A DNA stretch of 64,000 nt, from the NCBI GenBank assembly GCA_002633005.1, contig NMRA01000327.1, positions 438,407-502,406 of the forward strand, read 5' to 3'. A program made the translations under genes and the position numbers. The notes under the pieces are model-generated. The model had not been told where the DNA came from. It saw only the letters and a program-made list of their open reading frames with translations, and ran no database searches. Source of the stretch: Phoronis australis. Taxonomy: Eukaryota; Animalia; Phoronida. How positions within the stretch are numbered: position 1 is the first letter of the stretch; each line of letters opens with the position of its first letter. This document shows, piece by piece, positions 13,601-23,800 of this stretch.

Positions 13601-14125
13601 AAGCAGGTTTCTGCCGGCCTTAGATTGTTACCATTTGTGCACTCTAACCCGCTACAATTGTGCCACTTTGTTGAAATATTTTTTATGACCAGGTAGCAAG
13701 CAGGTCGTACGTGGTGTGTGCGAGGTTAATCTGATTAATGCACAGCGGTTTCTTACTATTAGTCTTCCACTAGTAAACAATCATAATATTGTTGACATAT
13801 ATGTCATAAGCTATAAACAACACCGTCCACTACTACTAGTAACTAGTGGCACTGCTTTAAAGAATATTCAATTCTAAGTTCACGCAATACTCGCTTCCGC
13901 TTAATCTTGAGATTCTTCAGCAGGGATTCCAAGTTCACGTAGCCTACTGTAACTCAGCAGCACTAGTTGCATTGCTGTCGACTTTACCTGATTATCCCCT
14001 CTATGCAAACATTTTCTGGCAACTTCGGCCTCTAGCATCTGTCTTTTTTCGTTTTCAAAATGCTTATAGTACTTGCTTAATCTCTTTTGTCCAGATTTGT
14101 TGACTAAAAGGAAAAAGTAAATCAT
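7540..14125 (-). CDS. AP4S1: AP-4 complex subunit sigma-1; exons 14125-13988, 11238-11152, 9595-9527, 7964-7953, 7665-7540 (143 aa)
   Basis: Spliced product [20 protein letters not shown]...[97 protein letters not shown]... matches the sigma-adaptin (Clat_adaptor_s) family and specifically AP4S1; exon sizes 138/87/69/12 match the vertebrate gene as I recall it. Confidence 0.95.
7666..7952 (-). other. U12-type (minor spliceosome) GT-AG intron of AP4S1
   Basis: 5' site GTATCCTTG; branch site TTCCTTAAC (7687-7679) 13 nt from the intron 3' end; no extended polypyrimidine tract. Confidence 0.9.
7953..7964 (-). CDS. AP4S1: AP4S1 12-nt micro-exon (SEID)
   Basis: tttttcag|AGT GAA ATT GAT|gtatcctt; supplies the conserved SELD-like tetrapeptide. 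Confidence 0.88.
8110..8690 (+). repeat. ~200-bp direct duplication (8110-8312 / 8493-8690) around a single N; probable haplotype overlap
   Basis: Near-identical copies (one small indel), N at 8492. Confidence 0.75.
9527..9595 (-). CDS. AP4S1: AP4S1 coding exon 3 (69 nt)
   Basis: tgcag|AAC GAG ATG...GTG|gtaaga. Confidence 0.92.
11152..11238 (-). CDS. AP4S1: AP4S1 coding exon 2 (87 nt)
   Basis: ttttcttttcag|TGT...GAG|gttagt; LVYRRYGAL motif. Confidence 0.92.
13988..14125 (-). CDS. AP4S1: AP4S1 coding exon 1 (138 nt)
   Basis: ATG at 14125; ...AAT CAG|gtaaag. Confidence 0.92.
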
Positions 14126-14610
14126 TTCATGCAAAGCACTGCATTAGTGATTGCAAGCGACCTCTGACGTGAAAATTTCCCCACTAGGTGTCAACTGCTG
14201 TGCGTGAACTTGGAATTTTGCTGAATCTCAAGATCGCGTGACCTTGGAATTGATTATTCATTTTGGCAATCAGGTGAACTTTTTTATTCAATGCAAAGAA
14301 TGTTTGTAATTATTAGTCTCATGATCACCAATTTTCTCCTTTATCTTAACTTGTGTCAAAGAATCGGAGGAATATAAATAAATCAATTATTGTTCGGTGC
14401 ATAGGGTCGCCAATATTAGAAAAAAGATTCGTTAAAATTTTCGTTATTTTAGTATTGATTTAGTTTAATGCACTTTTTTATCAAAGTGAAACAGTGAGCT
14501 GTATATTTATCTGTTGACGTGAATGTTAGTAGTTGAGTGTATTCCAAGTTCACGCATTCGCGATCTTGAGATTCAGCAAAATTCCAAGTTCACGCACAGC
14601 ATCAACAAAC
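14126..14610. promoter_or_regulatory. Head-to-head (bidirectional) promoter region of AP4S1 and ASPG
   Basis: Divergent start codons at 14125 (-) and 14611 (+), 485 bp apart. Confidence 0.7.
14196..14601. mobile_element. 406-bp MITE-like element with perfect 43-bp TIRs and 5-bp flanking repeat TCAAC
   Basis: 14196-14238 TGCTGTGCGTGAACTTGGAATTTTGCTGAATCTCAAGATCGCG is the exact reverse complement of 14559-14601; TCAAC at 14191-14195 and 14602-14606. Confidence 0.7.
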
Positions 14611-14884
14611 ATGTCTGCTAATCCTGTGTGTAAGTTGCCTTCAACTTCAGCTTCAAGTAATAAAGGGGCGACTGGAGGACTCCGGTTTTATTTATCATCT
14701 TCTGACGAATCTCACAATGCAGATGACACAAGCACTCCAGAAACTCCTCTTACGCCAAAAAGCTTACAGAAATTTGGCGTGAGCCTTACAAGAGGAGGTC
14801 CCAGAACGAGTGAGGAAACGCAAGCGCGGGTTCTTGTTTTGTACACAGGAGGAACAATCGGAATGCGTGTCAATACATCTGGCG
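14611..14884 (+). CDS. ASPG: ASPG exon 1
   Basis: aaacATG...[15 protein letters not shown]|gtaagt. Confidence 0.85.
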
Positions 14885-17800
14885 GTAAGTGGTGGTACAA
14901 AATGGTTTATTGTAATTTGGGTTCTGATATGATGTAAGGCAGAACCTTGTCTTTTAAATCCCTGTGGTTATTAGTAATTTGACGCAGCGCCAGTATACAG
15001 CCATTTTAGACAGTGTCACTGTCCGTGACCACCGTCTCTTGGCCAACTGGCCGCTGTAGTGACGGTGGCCAATTCCCATAGGCCTTTCATATCCCAGATT
15101 GTCATAACCTGTTAACTGGCTTTAACTCATTATTCAGTTCATAAAATGTAAAAATTCCATGACTCGAGGTACAATAAGGCCAACATGGGGTCCGACATCC
15201 TCTCCTGTTCAGAAAAAGCTAATTAAAACTTAGCAAAATCACTAAAATACAAGTAAAACGTGAAATGTAATATACTATAGTCTATGACACTGGTAAATAC
15301 ATGAAGTCTGCTTATGTGTATTATTAAGTTTGTGTTTTTGCACCTGTGACTCGGTGAGATTGTTGTCCACATACATGTCTGATTAGTTTTTCTGCATTAA
15401 TTAAACCAATTTATATGCACTTACTGCAAAGCGATACCAAAGCTAGTTAACAGTGAAACAACACGTGAGGGTGAGATAAAAGTTCACATATATTATGACA
15501 AACTAAACTGCTACTGATATGGATAATTACAAAAGTTATATATGTTGAGCTGTAAAGGTGGATGACAATCTGCCGGACAAACAGCACTATTGGAGTTATA
15601 ATGAAGGTATACACAAGTGTTGAACTGGAAAGATGGGTAACCATATGCGGAAGCTGCTCCATGACGCGATTTGGGAAAATTGAATGTAAACAGGAAAGGA
15701 AAAGAAAATTGGTTTGAGGGATGGAGGGAGGGAAAAAGAACTATGGACAATGGCACAGTGTTGCAACAAGACGAAGAAATCACGTGGTACAATTAAACCA
15801 ATAGTGGTAAAACAAAGAGGTCCAGTGACCGGAGAATCCAAACAATGCTATAATGAGGACAAAGCGGTATAGTTTACTTAAAATAATTTAACACTTAAAT
15901 AAAGTTCAAGGAATTGTTTTTAAAATATCCCCGTTTTGCATGAGGGGATATCAGAAACAGGACTTTTGGTTTTTATGGATAAAGTCAAAAGTTGCATAAA
16001 ACGAAAGCGAAATGCCTTAATTTAAAAACAAACAGTGTTTTTAAGAATTTATCTTGAACTTTTATAAAATATCAAATTAAATTTGGTTACATTATTGATA
16101 CTATTGTTTTGTACTTTTCTTTTTTTGATAATTTTTACTAAGACATCATCATGTGACCCAATTAATATCGGATTGGTATAAAGTCAAAAATTATATCCAC
16201 AGGCTTTCTAGTTTCAGAAAGTATGTACTTTTACTGAGTTAAAATCTATAGTTTTGTCAATGAAGTCCTACATAACAAGATAACTCTATTTGATGTGGTG
16301 TAGTACTAAACTAACAAATTATTTGTTAGGATAACAATATCACATGATAAGGAGTCACTATTAGATTTCAGAGAATTGTTGTGTACAAATTGCATAATGT
16401 ATGATTCTAGCTACTTGTGCCATGCATCGGTTTCGCTTTGGAAGTCATTTCTCAGTATAGTGAAAATCAGTGTAACATCCTCCTTTCCTTGGAAAAGATC
16501 ATCTGGTGCTTCTAATGTTTTCCACTCCCACTACAGCGCTTGAGGTCATCAATAGTGTCAAGAGTCATGAGCAAAAACAGATTTCTTTAGTATACATTAT
16601 ATTCCAATGTAGTGAGAAGTTTGTGCACAGTCTGGTTAATTCTATGAAGTATAGTGACAGTGTACTGAAATCATAACTAAACACTGACTACTATAGATTG
16701 TTGTAGTAAACAGTTCCACTCAACTCTGGGTGGCCAACTTGACAAACAGTGCTTGGTATTATTCTGTCCAAATTTTATCACTGCTGTATCTCAGAGGTGC
16801 TTTTGTCACTTTCCATTATCTGGTTGTCACTGGCTGTTTAGATTTTGCATTCACTTTGCCAGAGTGCTTGTGTGATTCAACAGTGTCATTCCTTGACAGT
16901 GCATGACTTCTGTGTTTTATTTCTACATTCTCATGGTAATGCCTCATAGGTTGACATTCAGTCAGTTTAACACACACTTTATTGCCCCCACTACTATTCA
17001 GAATCTGTTTCAAACATGGTGCATGACCTATTAGTGTCCAGCTCAGCAGAAGATAACTGACTTTCAGGGTACTACATTCTCAGGTCAAGAGGTCATTCAC
17101 AAGTGTCCCTATGTATTATGGTGTGGAACAATCAACTTGCATTCTGGGAAGGGTAGAGCATTGTGATAATTTCTGGTGAATACCCTCACCAAAAAGTATG
17201 ACAGTGTGATTTTAGTCAAATTTTCTGCAAAATTCCAGAATTATAATCAGAAAAGGTACATATTCTCTTATAGTAGAAAGATTGTTGAATTTAATTTTCT
17301 ACTTAATCTGTCTTCACATGACCATGTTTTCTTTTACGAAAATTTAGCAAAGAAACTATTTCGGAAAGATAAAACATTATCAGCATGGCCAACGTTCATT
17401 TCACAATAATATTCATGAACAAATCTCAAAATAAGTTTCGCAAAATGTCCTTTGTGTTTATGCAGCTTTTAAGGTGGATATTTCTCTTAAAAATCATTAA
17501 AAAGCCTTCAATTTTATGGTTTCTTATTCAAAAGTCAGTCTGCAAAACAACGTCGATAGCATAGTGTCTGTTTTATTCGAGTCCGATTAACTTTTTTGAG
17601 ATAAGATGTTGGCAAAATTTCGAAATTTTTTATCACTCATAACCATCAAGCTTAAGACATCAACTTTTAACCTGGAGGTAAAGTTTAATATCGAAATTAA
17701 GTACAGCACGAACAGCTAAACCGTTCATAGGAAAGCCATTAAAATTCCCCGCTTAAAATGGAAATGATTGTGACATTCGATTGCTAATCACAAAAGAAAG

Positions 17801-20800
17801 ACACGAGGTTGTTAGTTTTAAAATATTGTATTTAAAATATGTTTTTAAAAACATAACACACTTCTTGAACAAAAGTGAGGATAACATACTAGGGTTATAA
17901 ATAATAGAATTAGAGCACCACTTTCAAAATCAATGTGAAAATAGGATATACATGGTACCAGAATAAAAATGTACGTAATATTAATCACATTTGTTGCTGG
18001 CCAAAACATGAGCACGAACTTTAAAATTAGCATGGAAGTAAACAAAGACATATCGATCCAACGTTTTGGTTTATTCACTGGGCAATTTGGTGAAAAGGTC
18101 AACCTAGACACAAAAAAAGTAAAATTGTGCTTAGGTCAATTGACATTTCTGGTGTCATCTGAAAGCACAATCTCTAGTTTCAAGGCTCATATTTGATTTT
18201 TTCCTAAGCGGACCCATTTTTAGAGGTCATTTGACCCTAAAAATACCCGTTTTTATTTGTCTTGCTAATTATTGTCATAAATAAGCTAATTATGACATAT
18301 CCTTGGCTTACGCCATTTCTCTTGGGGCAGGCATGAACTTGCATTGTCCTCTGATATACAGAAATATTGCACATGTGACCTGTGAAGGTCCCTGTATTTG
18401 AGTGCCCCCTAGTGTTCATTTGACCCGCTTTATTTTAGTGTATATTCCTGAGGCTCACTTCTTAGAAAAAGAACTGCGGAAAATGACGATATTTCATGAC
18501 ACTGAGTATGAGGATCAGATCACTTCTTCTCATCCCGCACATCCACCTCATCGCTTGAAACCCTTGTATTTACCGTAAGTACATCAGTAGAGATATGTGT
18601 TCCAGCCAATCAATTGTGTGTACCTGATCATTGCCTACACCACCTGAAAAACAATGCTTTACTAGGATTCTGTGCAGTGGGACCTGTCAGCATCAGCCCT
18701 CTGAACTTATTTAACCTCAATCTCACCGTTGTGCCACTGCCATTTTGATACCCAGCTTAGTAGATGAAAATCCAAGGCAGTTGTACATTACAATTCATTA
18801 GGCAAACCTTGCGCTATCAGGATTTGCATGCAAATGGGCTAGAAAATGCGCAATGTTTACCCCAGAGTATGCAGCGAATTCCTCGGCAAATCAAAGGCTT
18901 GGTAGCACTGTCAGCGATTGAAGTGATGGATTGAAGTGATCTAGTCGCTATTCATGGGCTTGGCTGAATGTGTATTGAAGAATATAATTGTGGTAATTGT
19001 TAACCCAATGTGCCTGTTTAGCGTATGAGTTTCAAAGTCAAAAACAAAAAAGTGAGGCAAATGATCAACACGACTGTTTCTAAAATTGAAAAGTAAGTAG
19101 TAGCCATCTTTGTATTTTTAAAATCTATGCATATTTGTGAGAGAAGTTAACAGGTGGGTTTTCTTCAGCATCGCAGCTAAGCCACGAGCATTAATTTGTG
19201 AATCTATTAAGACAGGTTAGTCACAGTCTGGCTTAAGCTTGCTTAGGCATTGTGGTTACCTAGCATTGGACTTGTCTAATGTTAGAGAAGACCCATCAAG
19301 ATTCTTTCACAAAGTCAGTGTGGAGAATACCAAGATCAGGTTTTAGTTGACCCCTGTAGAAGTAAATACAGCTTAACTAAGGCTTTATGATGGTGGATAA
19401 CTAATAAGAAAATTGTTTTATTACCACCTGTTTTGCCTCTAAAATGGATATTTGTCCACACTGCTGCTTCCATGAGACACTTGCCCATGGTTGCGCAGTG
19501 CTGCCATTAAAATTAGTTTGCCATTTTTCATTCTGATACAAATCATGTGAAGTTACTGTTTCACCATGAGTCACAGTGTATACGTGAACATTTTGAAAAG
19601 CTGAGTGAGACGAACTCAAAAGTTGTTCTCTTACAAGTCCGAGCTCAGAATTTTGTGTTAGCGGCAATTTTTTCCAAAACTAGGTCAATGAAACTATGCG
19701 TTTTCCACCTCTGCTAACGAACCGGGGGTGATCCGGGGGTGATCTTGGTATGTGGACATGGAGTTGATGTATGTAATCTGGTGTCTGACCCCATCATAAA
19801 ACTGTGGCCAATACTAAGTGCAGTAAATTGACTCTCCAACTTAGTACTCATATCATCATGCTCATTCCATACGAAGTTCGTCTATTTTGTGTGTTTTTAT
19901 CATATACATTGATGTTACTATACATAGTATATTAAGGTTTTGCAACATATTTATCTGCTTTTAATATTTTTGCATAATTTGAAGTACTTGGGGTATCCCA
20001 CTAAACTCTGAGGTTATGTGGAAAGGCAATCGTCTCTATCGCATCTTCTGTTCAGTATATTCAAAATATGTCTTTAATCATTGAGTTTTCACTCTTTGGC
20101 CTAAGAATCAGTTCTCTCTGCTACAACGATGACAGTCCTGCGGTACCATGACCTTAGGCTACAATAAACGGAGTTTACTTATCACAAAAGTATCATAGCG
20201 TGTGAGTATGACAATGACATGCAGACTTGCACTTTGGTGACTTGGCCAAACTTCACTCTGAGTTTTACTGCAGTGAATGCAGGATGGCGTGAAAATGTTC
20301 AATTGTTCTGGCTTTCAAGGTAAAATCGATACTATTGGTTAAAAGTGTGTTGTTTGGAAACAGGTTCAAAGAAATGGAAAGAACCTTTAGTATGTCTAAA
20401 TAATTTTTTAAATCACTGATTAATCATTTGAATATGGCGTGCAGTGAAGCTAGTGATGAATGGTTAATGTGGAGGAAAGAAATTTAACCTTCAATGCATA
20501 CACCAGTATGGATTTAGGCTATTGAAAAACAGTTTCGGTCCTTAAAATTCCGTTAGAAAAGACGAAGTTCCAGATTGGTGGCAAAAACGTTTCTCAAGCT
20601 CTACTTTTGATATATCATGACGCCGCACAGAAAATGCCGAACATTGTATTGAATGAGCATGCGCAATATGACCAGCAATTGAAATTTTATTTTATGATCA
20701 CTTTTTCAATGCAACATATGCTGCACCTGCATTTCTGTTTTCAAGTTTAGTATCACAGCTACCATCAGACAGTTTTGAAAAAACGTCGACATTCACAATG

Positions 20801-23800
20801 TTGTTAAAAGAATGATGAAAAATTAAACAGTCGCGTATTTTTGCCAATTGCTTATGTCCAAGATTGTTGAGATTTTGTCATTTGTATCCCAGTACAGAAA
20901 CCATTACTACCATGAGCAAAATCTAACAATGGTTTAAGACTTTCTCATGGTTGGTGTGTAATGAAATTTACCAGCAGTGCATGACTGTGTGGTATTGTGA
21001 ACTGTTTGCCTTTAATGAAACTTCAGAAGACTGCTGAACATACCACAAAGATATATTACTCAGGATGTGTTTGCTTTCAGTTTTGAAGGTTCCCATCCAT
21101 CTAGTAACATTCCAATGAGTTCCAGCGGTAAAGTGTAAACTTGAAACACATTGACTTTGAGAAGAAAAATTTATTTTGATGCGTACTTTAGCTTCATGCT
21201 GAACCCACTGCACTGATCACCTGTGAACCCGGGTGAGCAAGGGGTTCCTCAAGAGTGAAATTGTCTTGAACTGCTTACATGTGTATTGGTAAAGGTAATT
21301 AATTAGTATTTGGTCATAATAATGTCAAAAACCTCAAAATTACTATATTAACAAATAAATTGATGAATTTTTCATTGCCGGTAATTTTGAGATTTTAAAT
21401 GGTGACATACTGAATCTTCATAAGCCTGTCTGTGTATGTAAGGCTTGCTTGTAATTGCCTTTTCAGTCTGTCCAAGTCTGGTATACGTGTGGAGTACTGT
21501 GTGCATGAGTATGAGCCTCTGCTAGACTCATCTAATATGTCCATGGAGGACTGGGCAAAGATAGCGGCAGACATTGAGTTCACGTATGAGTATTTTAATG
21601 GTTTTGTCATCCTGCATGGCACAGACACGATGTCATACACAGCGTCGGCGTTGTCATTCATGATGGAAAACCTGGGCAAACCCATCATACTCACTGGATC
21701 TCAGGTAAAGGGACGCGGGTGGATGAGGATTGGCTGTTGGGACAACACTTGTATGCAATGTTGGACGATTCTCTGAAGATAGGAGTCATATAATTAAGTA
21801 ACTGATTGTAATTAATTACTAAGTTTGCCAAACGTGACATGTTTTCATTTATCATTTACAATATTGTTGTGCTGTGACTGAATGAAATTTCTTTTTTCTT
21901 TCTTTGTTCACATTAATGGGCACATTTTTGTGTAATTGTCATGGAATTTGAACAACTCATCTATCATCAACCTCTCAAGAGGTATAACTCATCTATAGAT
22001 CCTCAATCTCTCAAGAGGTATAACTCATCTATCCTCAATTTCTCAAGAGGTATAATTGTCTTTAGTTGAACTCGGATGCAAGATGGGATTGTGGCAGCCA
22101 TTTTTCAGTTTGCAAATATGCCATAATCACCTGTTCTTTGAATGATCTTTCTGAACTTTGGTACAATGTGTTGGTTCTAATCTTGCTAAGTGCTATCTGG
22201 AGTATGCCATCCGTTTTCCATTATAACTTCCGGATTTCGAGTTATTCAATCAGTTTTGCGATAACTGTCTGTTGTCGCCGCTGTTCTTTGCTTTCAGTCA
22301 CTAAATAAATCCATTGTTTTGCCAGATTCCTATATTTGAAGTAAGAAGTGATGGTAGAGACAACTTCTTGGGTGCACTGATTGTTGCAAGCCATTACTGC
22401 ATACCAGAGGTAAACTGTACTTCAAGCCAACCTCACTTTTCTATTTTACACTCAATGCTTTGTACGTGCTGTTCGCTCTTGCTCTTGATTTTTTCTTTAC
22501 TCTGCTAAAAATTGCCGAATGTTCCAATTATCATTCCTTGGAGAATCAGTCTCTTTGCTTTGAGGTGTAGACTGCCTGAAAATTGTGAAAGCTTTGCTCG
22601 TTTGGCTTGAGAGATCATTTGGCCCTCAGAGCCCTTTGTGATTGTGTGACCCATATGCAGTAATAATTTCAATGAATTATCATCGGGAACACATCCAAAT
22701 GAATCCGTTGTAATTATAGCTAACTTGTAAGGGACTTTTGCCAGATTTACTTTGCTCTTGTGGTACTTCACTATGGTGCGGCCTAACTGCATTACTGTAA
22801 CAGCCATCCATTATTCTTTATTTTTATGTGTTAGGTGACATTATACTTCCACAACCGTCTCTACCGTGGCAACAGAACCATAAAGGTCGCGAGTAACAAC
22901 TTTGAAGCCTTTGCCTCCCCAAACTTTGAACCATTGGTCACATTAGCTATCGATATTCGGGGTGAGTAACGTAGATTTATGTTACTTGCACATAACTGTG
23001 GATCAGAGTTTCATTACAGGCTGGCACTGAGAATTTTGTAAGGGCTCATTATTTTCGTATGAACTCAATTTAATAATTCAGTCATGCCCTTCAGTCAATG
23101 AGGCCTTGGTATGCTTTACTCCACAGACAAGCTTTCAGTGTCATTGATAGAAACATTGCTGTCAATCAGCCTTTGTCTCTGGCCTACATCTATGTTGTGT
23201 TCATTTGATTGCAAAGATAGAAAGAATCGCACCTTCAAAATACAGGTCAGTACTTGGGAAGTGGGTAGCGAGACATTACCAAATGATGGAATTAGAGTCC
23301 ACCTGTGACAAAGTGTTGCAAACCAAGTTACCGTAGCAACAGTGGCGCATCTCTTTGAAGTATTCAATGACCTCCATTAGGTCCATGCTGTTATTGTGTA
23401 TAATTAACATGTCTTAGTCACTGTATTAAAGAGCCAAACAAAAGGTTCTATCCCAACAAAACATGAATGAAAACAATGGTGTTCATAGAGCTGTAGCCTT
23501 AAACTGTGCTTTTTATTATGCGCCCACATATTTATATGTGGACGCGTTATGCCGTCATCTCTGTCCGTCCGTCGGTCCGTCCGGGCTTCGTCCGTCCGGC
23601 GTCCGCTGCTCTATCTCCAAAACCCTTTGACATACGTTCATGAAATTTGACACATATGTTCCATTCATGAATGGGACGGCATGTGCGAACTTTCGGACGG
23701 ATCCGACTACCGGTGTGCCCCCTAGTGGCAATTTTAATTTTTTACGCTTACCTTTGTATCTTCAAAAGTCCTGAACGGATTTTCATGAAATTTGGTATGT

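Noticed and set aside
18200-18440. ASPG exon-2 acceptor possibly overlapping a repeat terminus (tgaccc motifs, ...ttttagtgt)
   Set aside because: I could not find a matching opposite terminus or TSD.
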